From positions 54,188,001 through 54,252,000 of the forward strand of contig NC_043007.1 in assembly GCF_006345805.1 (NCBI RefSeq): a DNA stretch of 64,000 bases, read 5' to 3'. Of the stretch, positions 13,019 through 26,199 are shown piece after piece. The stretch comes from Octopus sinensis (Eukaryota). Below the pieces are notes generated by a model, which was given only the letters and a program-made list of their open reading frames with translations, did not search any database and was not told the DNA's origin. The first letter of the stretch is position 1, and each line of letters begins with the position of its first letter. The position numbers were made by a program, and so were the translations under genes.

Positions 13019-13870
13019 ATACAAAGAGGTACCCAAAAGTAACCAGAAACACTCTGTGCGAGACAAGCCCATTGTAGTTCAGGCTTCTACCACTACAAGC
13101 CACTTGACACGACCCTAAGGCATCAGTATGCTGACCAGCGTCATCGAGTGTAGTCCTACTGCTATGTGGTGCATCTTTGCCTTGCAGTGCTTATCCTCTG
13201 TTCATTGACTTTTACAATGGTTGAAATGAAGGAACAGCATGCTTCCATGAAATTGCTTTCTGCTAGGGCAAATGGTGGCTGAAACAGTTGCATACTTCTA
13301 ACAGCTTACAACAACGCTGCCATATGAGCAAAGCAAGTTTATGAGTGGTTTTCACAGTTTAGGAACAGTCACTTGTTGCTTGATGAGCAACTTCCTTCAG
13401 GGCATCCATTGACCACCCAAACAAATGAAAACATCATGAAAATTCATGAACTGATCATATGGACCATCATCGAAAAATTGACAAACTTGTTGATATGACT
13501 TGTGTGTCCTGGAGTTCATACCAATGACTTTTGAGTGGGGAATTGCGAATGAAAAGAGTTGCAGCAAAGTTTGTACCTCACTTGTTCACAGAACATTAAA
13601 AGAAGTCATGACTGAATGCATGTTGTGAACTGAGAGAATAGTTAGAAATTGATCTGGACTTTTTATTTTTTGAAGGTCATCACTGGGGATGAAAGCTGGT
13701 GATATGGAAGTTGCAGATGTGGAAAAGGTGAAAAAAAAGCAACGGAGGCATCAAAAGGCATCACTCTACAAGAGTTCCAGCACTGCTTTGAACAGTGGAA
13801 AATGCATGTGGACTGATGCATTGCATCAAAAGAAGAATACTTTGAAGGTAATAAAAGTGTAAACATGTTG
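13019..13870 (+). mobile_element. Decayed mariner element
   Basis: Remnants MKRVAAKFVPHLFT, KVITGDESW, and FQHCFEQWK at the 3' end. Many stops and deletions. Confidence 0.65.
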
Positions 13871-13911
13871 AACTAGGTGAAAAAATCTGCCTTTTATCAT
13901 GAGAGACGAAT

Positions 13912-15253
13912 TGCTAAGAAAAAAGAAATGAAGAATAAAATTAAGCATTTAGAGATAATAAAGTGATAAAGAGATGAAGACTGACCATTTCAGTACTTTA
14001 TCAACTACTTCTTTGTTTCTGTGAAGGATCTAAATTAAACCAGTCTTTTGAGACAAAACAACTGGCTCCATTCCACACTCAAGTCGACCTGTATTTAAAT
14101 TTATTACTATCTAGTTTTTATGTTTTTTGAAACAATTAGGAAAAAATAAGTTAATAGGTATCCTTACCCCCAACATATACATATTCTTCCATATACCTAC
14201 AAAGTATTATATATTTATATTATATATTTATACACATACATATACCTATTTATGTATACACACATATATGCTTCTTACTATTTTTACAGTTTAAATCTAT
14301 ATTAATATATGTTGGGTTGGCAGTCTAACCCACATACAATGTAGAGCGTGTATTTCTATACATCTAGATACATGTGTATATATAAAGACACAAAAATATG
14401 TATCCAACAATACACATATTTATATATACTTCTTACATGCATTCTAACTATTATAGAGCTGGGGAAAAGATAGTATCATCATTTAATGTCCATTTTTCAT
14501 GCTGGCATGGATTGGACAGTTTGACTGAAAACTTTTAAGCTGAGGGGCTGCACCAGGTTCCAATATGATTTGGCAAGGTTTCCATGGCTGGATGCCTTTC
14601 CTAACACCAATCAGTCTGAGAATGTAATGGGTATTTTTTACACAGCACCAGCATGAGTGCTACTGACCTGACACCTACATCAACCACAACTACAGTCTCA
14701 CTTAGCTTGACAGTTCTACACAAGCACGGTATATCGCCAAAGATCTCAGTCACCTGTCACTATCTCCATGAGACGTAAACGCTCGAACGATGCTTTTTAC
14801 ATACTATCAGCACAGGTGCCAGTCAGATGGCATGGGCGTCGGCCACGACTATGATTTCACTCAGCTCAACAGGTCTTCTCAAGCACAGCATATTACCAAA
14901 GATCTCGGTCACTTGTCATTGCCTCTGTGAAGCCCAACATTTGAAGATCGTGCTTCACCACCTCGTCCTATGTCTTCCTGGGTCTACCTCTTTCACAGGC
15001 TCCCACTACCATTAGAATACAACACTTCTTTAAAAATAAAGTAAAATTAAATATATATATGTATATATGCACATATATACACTTCTTATAGACATACTTA
15101 CTATTTCTAAAGACAGAAATAAATAAAAGAGGATAATTTAGATCTTTTACAGTAACAAGGAAATAGTTGATAAGTACTAAAATGGTCAATTTTCACCACT
15201 TTATCACTTGATTATCTTTAAATGCTTAATTTTAGTCTTCATTCTGTTTAGCA
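13912..15253. repeat. Inverted repeat with ~140-bp arms (13912-14049 / 15125-15253)
   Basis: ttaagcatttagagataat..gatctaaatt in the left arm is the reverse complement of aatttagatc..ttatctttaaatgcttaa in the right arm. Confidence 0.8.
14476..15012 (-). mobile_element. RTE 3' end fragment
   Basis: catcatttaatgtcc tail, the ggctggatgcc motif and a GRPRKT remnant. Confidence 0.7.
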
Positions 15254-15370
15254 CTTCCTTAAAATCTGACTATGAAGAGAGAATTGTAATTTATAATCAA
15301 ACTGAGCCCTTTTTTTTTTGTTTGTTTCTTTAGTTCTGTATCTTGTATTTTGATTATAATTGTATTTTGT

Positions 15371-15773
15371 TTACTCTTTTACTCTTACTAGTTTCAGTCA
15401 TTTGACTGCGGCCATGCTGGAGCACCACCTTTAGTCGAGCAAATCGACCCCGGGACTTATTCTTTGTAAGCCCAGTACTTATTCTATCGGTCTCTTTTGC
15501 CGAACCGCTAAGTGACGGGGACGTAAACACACCAGCATCGGTGGTCAAGCAATGCTAGGGGGACAAACACAAACACACACACACACATACATATATATAT
15601 ACATATATACGACAGGCTTCTTTCAGTTTCCATCTACCAAATCCACTCACAAGGCATTGGTCGGCCCGGGGCTATAGCAGAAGACACTTGCCCAAGATGC
15701 CACGCAGTGGGACTGAACCCGGAACCATGTGGTTGGTTAGCAAGCTACTTACCACACAGCCACTCCTGCGCCT
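15371..15773 (-). mobile_element. tRNA-derived SINE, full length
   Basis: Minus-strand 5' end aggcgcaggagtggctgtgtggtaagtag (A box) ... ggttccgggttcagtccc (B box), then cttgggcaagtgtcttc, a (GT)n tract and the 3' end gtcaaatgactgaaac. Other copies at 53193 and 53971. Confidence 0.88.
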
Positions 15774-15919
15774 ATAACTATAACCACTCCTGCGCACTAT
15801 AACTATGGGTTAAGTTTTCTTTGGCAATATTTGAAAATTATATCACTTTGGGTATGCATTCTCAATTTGAGAAAAATTATGGAAGGATCTAATAAAGGAC
15901 TTATTAAACATACCTGGAA

Positions 15920-17976
15920 TTTATATATATATAAAACAGAAGATGTATGAGTGTGGGGTGTATGGTTGCTATGCATTCCCACATTTTTCAACCATTTTTG
16001 CTCGAACTTGTCACACTGATAGCTTATGCTCCAAGGGTGGTCATGACCTAACCCTACCTTATATTTTCTAGACCCCACTGCATATAACCAAAAACTACAA
16101 ATAACTGTTCAGAAAACTAATATTTTGCACATAATTTCTTGGTTTTTTGAGCGATTTCCTCCAAATTTGACACGAACGTTACTCATGACATAAGAATTGT
16201 TTTGTTTAAAATTTTTGTCAAAGTCAACCATGTTGTGAAAACTCTACGAATAACTGAGTAAAAATCGTTTTTTTTGCCAATAACTTCCACAGTCTCCAAC
16301 CGATTTGTGCCAAATTTGGCACAAACATCGCTCATGCTTTAATTGCTTTAAACCTATGTTTTTGTCAAGTCAATCTTCATTGAATCGAAAAAGTCTGTGA
16401 ATAACTGCATAAAATTCGGTTTTTCTGCAGTTCCAAAACTGATTTGCTCCAAATTTGTCAGGCATATTACCAATGCTTAATTGACTGTTTTAAACTTATG
16501 TTTTGTCAAGTTTATTCGCATTAAATTTGCAATTTACTGAATTAACATTGGTTTTTTACTTACAACTTCTTCCATTTACCCATGCACCAAGGATTGTGGG
16601 ACAGTTTTACCTTGCTGATTTGATCTCTATACATTGTTTACTTAAAATACCTATTATCGTCTATGGTCATGAAGCCCCACCACTCCACTTCAGCACAAAT
16701 TTTGTTTAATTACCCTCTGCTCATAGTGTGATAACATGGGATGAACTGTGTGCACTATTAATGAGCATCCCCTTTTTTTGATCTGTGTATATTAGTGTTT
16801 ACTTAAAATACCCCCTATTATTACCCACGGCCATGATGCCCTTCAGCCTTTTATTTGGTGTGAATGATTGCTTTTACCATGTCCTTAGTGTTTACTCCCC
16901 CAACCATTATCGCCAACAATCATAATGCCCCCTTTTCACCACCATTTTTCGTATTTACATTATGTCAATGGTTTGTCAAAGAGGATTGAACTGCAAACAT
17001 GAACTCTGACCTACGCACTTGAACACTATTGATTGTGCACTATAATAAGCCTGTTCAATTAATTCTTTGATTGAATTTCATTGCTGGAACACTGTTCACC
17101 TGATCATGCCAGTGTCAAATTGCAATTATTCATGTACTGCTGTGCATATCTCATACATGCTTCAGCTTACAGGTTAGGCCTACCATTTGATGTACATTAT
17201 TACTTTAACTTCATACTTCCTGTTGAAATTATGCATTGTTCCTATATGCCATTAAGTTAACTCCTTCATACTGTTGCTACCTACCAGTTTTTAGCTTACA
17301 TGTCATTAAAAAATATTGTATTCAGTGTCTTTGTGTCCTCATAGTTGTCTGTCCCTGCTTCCACTTTTTTAAATTATAAGTTTAGTAGATTCACTTTTTA
17401 TACATCATGCCAAATTTGTTTTTCAATGTCTCCTTTTGCCCATTTTTTTAAAACTCGCAATTTAAGAATAGTCCAATACTACTGCCATGCCACCTAAGAA
17501 AAGAGCAAGACTTGATTGTAAAACAGAGCCTGCTTTGGCTGCCAAAAGGAGGGCGAGCCATGTTTCTCTCATAGTCAGTTATATGTCAGATGCTCCAGCA
17601 TTGGAAGCAAGCAAAATCTATACGCACTTGCCCCTAATGGCATAACAAAAAATGTGGACAAGAGAGAGGAGTTGTAGGCACTTCATGTGCCACCTGCTTT
17701 CAGATTTGAGAACCTCTATGCCTCCACTACACCAGTGCAACCTTGCAGACTTGATATGTGGTAAGTGCTATTGTAGTCATGCTTTCAAAGTTACTAACTT
17801 TCCTCAACTGTTTCTTTTCCTTTGTTTAACAAACTCTTACTGCTTGGTTTCAATGGTATCCGGCAACCAATTTTGTTAAAATTTGGCGTTAACATTATTT
17901 ATGACATAGGAAATTGACTAAGTATCAAAAACATTGTAGTATTTGAATCCTGGGCAATGCTGGGTACATCTGCTAG
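15920..17976 (+). mobile_element. Non-autonomous Helitron (internal deletion derivative)
   Basis: 5' tatataaaacagaagatgt. 3' subterminal hairpin cctgggcaatgctgggta followed by CTAG|T, the same terminus as at 37202. Residual MPPKKRAR start near 17487. Internal subrepeats at 15990-16500. Confidence 0.75.
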
Positions 17977-18124
17977 TGCATGATAAAGATTACATAACAT
18001 ATCACTAATGTACTACAGGTGTAGAAATGTGTCAAAACAAATGTAGAGATTTTAAAGAGCATTGTCCATTCCATTTTTCATCATTTATCTATTTACATAA
18101 ACTTTACACATACAATGCAATATC

Positions 18125-18580
18125 CAGTTGTGAGGGGGAAGTTGAAAATTATCTGCGCTTTTGCCATAACATATCTTTATTATTGTCACTCTGCCTTCTG
18201 CGCATGCATGCTTATAGTTAGTATTATTGTGGTCACATGATTGAAGCTTGAGCCTGATCGTGCCATTTTTCTTTCTGGCTTTACAGTGTAAGCATGACAA
18301 CTTCATTAACAATGTGCACCAAGAACAAAGAGCAGTGATCTGATTTCTCTGGAAAAAGGATGTACAATCAACAGTGCAAGATATAGTGCTTTGCTGGCTA
18401 ACACACTGAATCCAGCAATTCGCACCAAACACTGAAGCCCAGTTTTGAAAGAAGTTTTGTTGTTGCATGACAATGCATGCCTACACATGCCGCCCAGACC
18501 ATTGAAACCATTAACCAATTGCGTTATGAGGTGCTAAAACACCCTGCCGACAACCCAGATCTCACCCCTTCTGACTATTT
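18125..18580 (+). mobile_element. Decayed mariner fragment
   Basis: Remnants VLLLHDNACLH and LKHPADNPDLTPSDY. Confidence 0.6.
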
Positions 18581-19244
18581 ATAAACATATAATTATTAAT
18601 GTGTGCATCTATACGTCTTTGCATTGATTTAAACATAAGAACATGCATGTCTATTTGTCTGTCCAACTGTTAAAATCTCTCAATACAGTGAAACTTAAAT
18701 GTAAATCTCCCAGCTTAAAACCTTATTATCCCACCTGAAGAGTCTTCTATGCACTGTGTGTTGCATTCAGTGTTATTGCATCGTTCCATGCCCACAAGGG
18801 AGCAGTGTATCTTGAAGATGAGACAATTGTTGTGGTAAAATAAACACACACACACTCACACACATATATATGTATATATGGATGTTGGGCCCCATGGAGG
18901 AAATGACAATGGACCAAGATGTCTGGTGATATGAGGTTCTTCAGAAGACCTGCCCATGTCAGCAAAACTGAGTTCTTGAAGCACTGTGTGTTCCATCCAC
19001 ATGTAACAAGAAAACTTTTTACACACCTTACCCCAACAAAGCAAACAACTCTTCTCTTCTTCACATTTCTCCTTTCATGCACTATGCTTATCTCTCACTT
19101 CTCAATCCTGTTCACTGTTTCATTGCTATCTAGTAGACTCCACCCCTCTATATACCCAGGTTTTCACCACTCACTACATTCCTCTCCCCCACTCTCTATA
19201 CACACCTCCTCCAATGCTCCCTCCCTTCTCAAAGGATCTTTGCC

Positions 19245-19552
19245 TTGCAAGTTACTTGGTGACCCAGCCAATGCTGGTGCCATGTAAAAAGCATCCAGTC
19301 CTTTCTGTAAAGTGGTTGGCATTTGGAAGGACATCCAACTGTGAAAACCATGCCAAAACTGACTTCGGTTGTGCTTGTGCCACATAAAAAGCACTCAGTC
19401 GACTCTGCTGTATGGTTGGTGTTAGGAAGGGCATCCATCTACAAAACCCTGCCAAAACAGAGAGAAGTCTGGTGCAGGCTCCTGTCTGGCCAGCTCCTGT
19501 CAAACCGCCCAACCCATGCCAGCATTGAAGGCAGACATTAAATGATGATGAT
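19245..19552 (+). mobile_element. RTE 3'UTR-derived repeat
   Basis: ggtgttaggaagggcatcc ... aacccatgccagcat ... aaatgatgatgat tail next to a TA run. Confidence 0.7.
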
Positions 19553-19597
19553 ATATATAAACATGATACATACAGATACATAAATAAAAATATAAAT

Positions 19598-19628
<31 letters not shown>

Positions 19629-19867
19629 ACAAACAGGGGGTGGACAAAATAACTAGAACAGTAGAAATTTAACTCCAATATTTCAATGAGCCATTATAAT
19701 ACGAATATCCATTTCATTGTGAGTGTTTTTGGAATTGTAAACAGTTTTATTTATCTAATTTAATGATTATTTCTATCTCTTTTTCAGATTGTAGTATAAA
19801 TTGAGCTAAGATGCCTGACCACACTGAGTTCGAAAAAGGGCAAAGCTCGAATTACAGGAGCTTCCTG

Positions 19868-22737
19868 TAAAAGAAAAGTTTGTGTTAATCACCCGGACAG
19901 CTTTTGCTATATGAGTGGAAAATTTACACCAAAAGATCAGAGAAATAAGCTTACAAAGGGATTTTAAATTGCTTACAAGCGTTACTTAGGGTGCAAAGTT
20001 GGGGACCATGTTTGTTGCAAAAACTGCTACATAGCACTAACCCAATGGCAGAATGGTAACAGGAAAATATGTCATTTGCAGTACCAATGATATGGTGCGA
20101 ACCAACAAACCACTATACTGACTGTCATTTTTGCTAAACTAAGAACAAATCCAAGATTGTCCTTCAGCTTTAAAACCACTTGCTCATGCTGCTGAAAATA
20201 TTCCAATTCCAAATCCTCTTTCATCTTTTGACAAAGATGGTTTAAGTGAAGAAAGTACTGTATCTACTTCAAATGAAGGCATGCTGAGTGATGCAGCAGA
20301 TCACTGTGATGAACCAGAATCTTCAAAAAAAGTTACTCGTTTATTAAGTCAACTTGAGTTAAATGATTTAGTTAGAGACTTGGGGTTAACAAAAGAAAAG
20401 TCAGAACTAATGGGCTCCAGGTTGAAACAATTGAAAATTTTAATGGGGAAAGATGGTATTTGTTTTTATTGTGATGTTGATGGACTCCAACGTGAGATGG
20501 GGTATGGCCATAATCCTGAAGAATGGAGACTCTTCATAGATTCCAGCAAAGCAAGCCTAAAAGCTGTTTTGCTGTATAATGGCAATCAAAACCCTTCAAT
20601 ACTGCTAGTACATGCTGTAGGATTAAAGGAAACTTATGAATCAATCAATGGATAAAATTTTGCACTTGATTAAATATTCTGAGCACAAATAGAATACATG
20701 CAGGGACTTGAAAGTTATTGGTTTGCTTCTTGTGTTGCAAATAGGGTATACAAAGCATCACTAAGATCAAAAAGAGTGGCCAAAGAGAAGTGACTTCACT
20801 CCAGGGAGATACAACATTAAATATATCCCTTTAGTTGACCTTCAGAAAATTTACTTTCCTCCTTTAACCCTTTCGTTACTATATTTCTGACCAAATTACA
20901 CCCCTTATGTGTTTCAATTAATTTCTAACGTAATCATAAATTTAGTCCGGTTTCGTTAAACAACTATAACTTTTTTATTTATCGATATATTAATCTGATT
21001 TTTGGAAGATAATTTAATGAAATATTCTCAACCAATTCTATACTATAATTTTTGTCATACAGGTAAATTCCACAAAATATAAAATTATTAAAATTTTTGT
21101 TCAAACATCGCTATAGAAAATGGGTTATTAGCTAATATTCAATTGGGTATACAAGAAAATTTTACGATAGAATTTGTTATTCTGGGTAACTTTCTGATAC
21201 CCATAATAATATTTATGGCAAAATAGTCTTAATTTCATTTAAGGTTGTGGGAAACCACAAACTATCCTTTCTTTCGCTTTGTTTACGTTTAGCGTAACGG
21301 TTCGTTTCTGCCGTAATGATTTCAAATAGGCTCATTCGAAAAAGTAAATAGAAATAGTCTAAGGCTTTACCCTTCTGGGAAAGTCTGTGGCTTGATCCAG
21401 TTTCTTCAGAAAAATCACCGAAAGAAACAGTTTTTAAATTTTCACTCCATTCAGGTGCCAATTCGTTTTCTTTATCGCTGTCGGAGCTCTCGAATTCACT
21501 GTTTTCACTTTCGGAAAATGAAACATCAGATTCATTATCAAATACCACATGCTTTTTTTTTTCAGTCATAGAGTTAGATTTATCAAGGTCTTCAGTAGAA
21601 AAGCCTTCGAATTCTGACTTGCTGCTTGATATAATGAAATTCGTATCCATTTTTTGTCAGAATTACAAATTTTGAAAACTCAATAGGAACAAATTTCGGA
21701 AAAAAATCTCCCAAAATTCACGGAATTAAAATTACACTTCGATTATTGTACAAAACTGTAGTTGAACTGTTTACGAAGTATAATACGTGTTTTAACGAAT
21801 GTACTGAAGAGATTTGCTCTGATATTCTCATTTAAATATGAATAGGTAAATTCGGGCGGCTTTGGGCGGTTTGGTCTCATAAACCAAAATTTTTTTCGGG
21901 CGGCTTTGGGCGGTTTGGTAACGAAAGGGTTAAGAGAATTTTGTTAAGGCCATGAATGAAGATGGTGAAGGATTTAAATATCTTAGTGAAAATTTGTTTC
22001 TAGTAAGAGTGAAGCTAAGATCAAAATTGGTGTTTTTAAAGGACCAGAAATTCGCACACTAATTTGTGATGAGCTTTTTCAAGAAAAATTAAACCCAGTA
22101 GAGAAAACTGCCTGGGAAAAGTTTGTTTCTCTAGTAAAAAATTTTTTGGAAAATGAAAGATCATCTAACTACATTGCAATTATGAATGATTTTTTGAAAG
22201 CTTGTAAGCAACTTGGAGCAAGAATGTCTCTAAAAATTCATTTTCTCCACTCTCATCTTGACTTTTTTCACCCAATATGAGTAATGTAAGTGATGAGCAT
22301 GGTGAAATCAAAGAGCTGGAAAGCCGCTACGGTGGCAGACTTACACCAAACATGCTGACGAATTACTGCTGGTTTTTAAAATGAGAAATGGACATGCAAT
22401 ATAAACGTAAAAGAAGACGCCAAAGCTATTTTTGAAAAAAATAAAATTAATAACATTCAGTTTACACTTTTGTTTTATGTTTTATTGGTTTTAGAGCTAC
22501 TTGTCTACCTAGTTGCTATTGTTCTTATACCAAATAACAGCAATTTACACTTAACATAACATTAATTTTATTTGTCATGAATTTTCACATTATTGTAATT
22601 TTGATAGCAGTATAATAATGATAGCGCAAAAATGTGATGTGCGAGAGCAAAAATGACTGCAGATTCAGAAGCAGTGCTCCCAAATTATCTATGAGCACCA
22701 TTTTGTCTAATAGTAGCAAAAATTTTGTTGCCTAAAG
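19868..22737 (+). mobile_element. Chapaev3-like (CMC) DNA transposon, 5'-truncated, pseudogenised
   Basis: Cys-rich N-terminus (CVNHPDSFCY, HVCCKNC, AVPMIWCEPTNHYTDCHFC). ORF 20281-20655 contains WRLFIDSSKASLKAVLL. C-terminal MSLKIHFLHSHLDFF and SDEHGE. 3' end aaattttgttgcctaaag. Confidence 0.72.
20868..21929 (-). mobile_element. piggyBac-family internal-deletion element, copy 1
   Basis: TTAA on both sides. TIR ccctttcgttac / gtaacgaaaggg. ORF 21213-21650 has an acidic N-terminus followed by DYFYLLF..EIITAETNRYA..WFPTT, the start of a piggyBac transposase. Confidence 0.88.
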
Positions 22738-23170
22738 TTATCTGAATATTTTGGGAAAATCTAGTCCTTCTATGGTCCAAACACTATTCTCTGATGGTTA
22801 GTGCAGTTTTCAAAATGGCAAAGCTCCAATACACAACACTCATGTGGTTAAGAATTGGTATGAAGAGCATAGTAGTGAGCTACAACATATGCCTCACTCA
22901 ATCTCCAGATCTTAACATTATTGAGCATCTGTGGTGCATCTTGGAGTGATGAATTAGAAGTCGTTACCCTCCATCGTCATGACTGCAACAGTTGGAGCAG
23001 ATTCTGCAGGAAGAATGGCTCAATATTCCTCTCAATGAAGTCAGGAAGCTGTATGAATCAATTCCTAGATGCATCGAAGCTGTTCAGAAAGCTAAAAGAG
23101 GACCAACTCCATATTAAAAAAATATTCATTCAATTTAACATGTTCCAATTATTTTTCCAACCCCTGCATG

Positions 23171-23206
<36 letters not shown>

Positions 23207-23887
23207 TACATATATATATACAGTCATATACATACCTTCACTCTCATTCCATCAATATATATATAACATATTCATGTTGTCAAAATGTTGAAAATTTTAT
23301 TAATGATAGAAAATGGCACATCAACACAATGGGAGAAACTGCTGATAAATGTCAGCAATCTAGTAAATATATATACTTACACAGAATTGATGCACTTGAA
23401 GAATCAGATATGGTTGTAACATCTCAGTTGAAAATATCGTCCACATACATGTGTGCATGTGTGTGTATATATTATACACACACACACACACATATGCATA
23501 TATGCATGCACACGTGCTCATACACATGTGCACGCAAACACAGTTAATACTATACAGTTACCATCACATGCAGTTACTGCCACACACTCAAACATACATA
23601 CACACACTACCACACACACGCATCATTTTCAGACTCTCCTGTCCCAGAAAGCATTTTCTGTTTCTCCTACTTCTGGTCACTTCATAAATGTAACCACATA
23701 TGGATTATTGGTGATTGTTTTCCTCCTCTTCCTTCTTCCCTTTGAACTTAACTGTTTTTCCCCATTTCCAAAGAAAAGCTATGCTCAAAACGTACAACTG
23801 CTCTTTTCCTTCTCCAAGCATCATATTAATACACTTGTGCTACGTCCTCTTTTTGCATTTTTGTTTTTCTTTTTGGTTTTGAATTAA

Positions 23888-26037
23888 CAGTCTAACCTGC
23901 CGATGACAAACTTTTTGCTTCACAAAATTTTTTAAAGTTTGTTATTGAGCAAGTTTGTAATATAAATATCTGTCAATAAAGAATTGTATTTTGAGAAAAA
24001 AGTTATGAATTTAAGTTGTTTTCATTTATTTATTTAACTTAATTATGACTTTTTAATAACATTTTTTTAAAAAAAAGTTGGTTATTTTGACATTATCAGA
24101 AAAAAAAAACAATGTAAAATCAAAAAACGTAAAAGTTTAAATTTAAGATTTAACTGTATTCTTATCTATGATGCTTAATTCTTTTTGCAGGTGTCATAAA
24201 TTCAAAAATCTTTTTTTGTCTCTTTCTACTACTGTTAAATAGACTGTTAATATCTTTTTCTGCTGAAAATATGTGCTTTAAACTCACAGGGCAAACCTTT
24301 GAACTGAGAATTTTAAGTTCATTGATTAATTCAAGGTACTTTTTAAAATCAGCTTTATTAACTTGTTCTTTGTCAGTTGTCTCCTCTTTCATATAATTAT
24401 TTAGAGATTTGGAATTTATCTTTTGACTTGTAAAATTTTCTGTTTCATCTGGATTATTGCAACATTCCCTTTCTCTAGTTTCATAATTTTTTAGTTCAGT
24501 AAAAGTAACAGTATTATATATTTTAATTCCTTGAGTTCCTTAAGTGCATATCTTGTTTTCTAAACTAAATCCAACTGATGTTTTTCCAAGCAAATCATCA
24601 CTCATTGAATTCTTTATTTCTAGACCTGAATTTTTCTAGCAATTTACAACTGTCTCTTTTACAACCAAATTCCATGCCTAGGCTGACCAAAAAATATCTC
24701 CATTAATGATGTTCCTTTTGAATTGACACTTTCACATCTTTCTTTATTAACCAAATTTTTAATAAAAATTGTACTGTAGTTACACTTGAATGACCAAATT
24801 ATTCCTTAGTCTAAAGATTGTAAATTTGCAGTTGTGTTCAGCGGAAGAAACAAAATTCTATATTTGAAAAGTTTTGTTGTTTGTAGCATACTGCATTATC
24901 AAGAAGCTATAGTACTTTTCCCTGTTGTTTAAAAAATTCGTAATTGATTTCTTTTAGGTAAAATGAAAATATGGTTTCCATCATTCCGAAATGTCAATAT
25001 TCTTGAAACAACAAGTTTTAAGACTTTTTCTGATAAAAAGGGGTTTTAACTTTTCACCAGTTGCACTATATGTCAATAATATTGTAATTGTCTCTTTTTA
25101 TTCCTTTAATTTTGTATTATCATCATTAGGAAAAACATAACTTTTAGTCAGAAATTTTTTGTAGAACAATGTAGTTTCATCTGTGTTAAAGATATTTTCT
25201 GCATTATATTCAAGAAGTTTGTCTTTAAATTTATTACAAAATTCATTCATTTCATTTTCAGACACACCAACTTTAGTTACAGTTTGAGTTTTAAACTTAA
25301 TATCATTTCTTTTTAAAAAAAAAAATTTAACCACTCATTACTCCTATTCATCATTCTCTTTCGCAATTTCCAGAGCTTTTTGTTTGATGATATTCCTATA
25401 TATTGGGATTTTTAGTGATCTAATATTTCTAAGTTCTTCAATAAGTGATTCATCTACCTATCATTATAAGTACATATTTTTTTCTCATTGTTTTTTAAAG
25501 TTCGGATATTGTTGATTTTGGTATGTATCTCATTTTCATTACAAATGAAGCTCTGTGTTTTTCAAATCATCAAGAATTACCATTTTAGTTCTGATAGAAT
25601 ATGTATTGCATTTACGTTGTTCTGCTATGTGGTTGTATATTATTTTGTTTGTAATTTTAAAATGAAATATATAATTTGTTAAGAATTTCCAAGTAAATTT
25701 TAAAGATTTTGGAATACTAATAATGCTGTAAAAATAAAAACAAAAATATGGAGAATTTTGGAAGCCTCAACAGATGGATAAATCTCCAAGAAACAAAATC
25801 CAGTGGTATTGAGAGAGGGAGATGTAAGAGGAAGCATAGAAACATAGAAGGTACAAAAGTATGGAGAAAAAGTGTAAAATCTCATCTCCCTCCTCTTGGA
25901 TCGATTATTAATCCAAAGTGCTTCCTTGATCCTTAAAGTCTATTAGTGTTTTCATTGTAGACGAAAAAATATATATATATATATATATTTAATGAAAATC
26001 TGCCAATAGCGAACTGAGTTATTGACAGGTAAGACTG
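23888..26037 (-). mobile_element. pogo/Tigger-like element, decayed
   Basis: TIRs cagtctaacctgccgatgac / gttattgacaggtaagactg followed by TA. ORF 25098-25334 contains ENIFNTDETTLFYK. An NTTANLQSLD remnant is also present. Confidence 0.75.
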
Positions 26038-26199
26038 TATATATATATTATCAGTCACACAGCTTTTATATATAGGCTATTAATAATATTTTGTAACAAA
26101 AGTGTTAAATATTTAATTTCATATATATATTTATATGTGTGTGCATGAAACTGATAAAGTAAATACAATTTACAATAAAAATTTGCAATTCTATTTTGA

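Larger units (their letters stand above)
19634..23166 (+). mobile_element. Tc1-like element (host of a nest), decayed
   Basis: TIRs cagggggtggacaaaata / tatttttccaacccctg. N-terminal MPDHTEFEKGQ at 19811. DDE-region remnant QSPDLNIIEHLWCILE near 22900. Confidence 0.75.

Noticed and set aside
23375-23440. Strong minus-strand donor GTAAGT as a possible further otubain exon
   Set aside because: The upstream frames do not resemble the expected FMD..SDYLVVYLR..KEFC sequence.
22921-23547. 208-aa ORF
   Set aside because: An off-frame Tc1 end running into microsatellite, with no domain.
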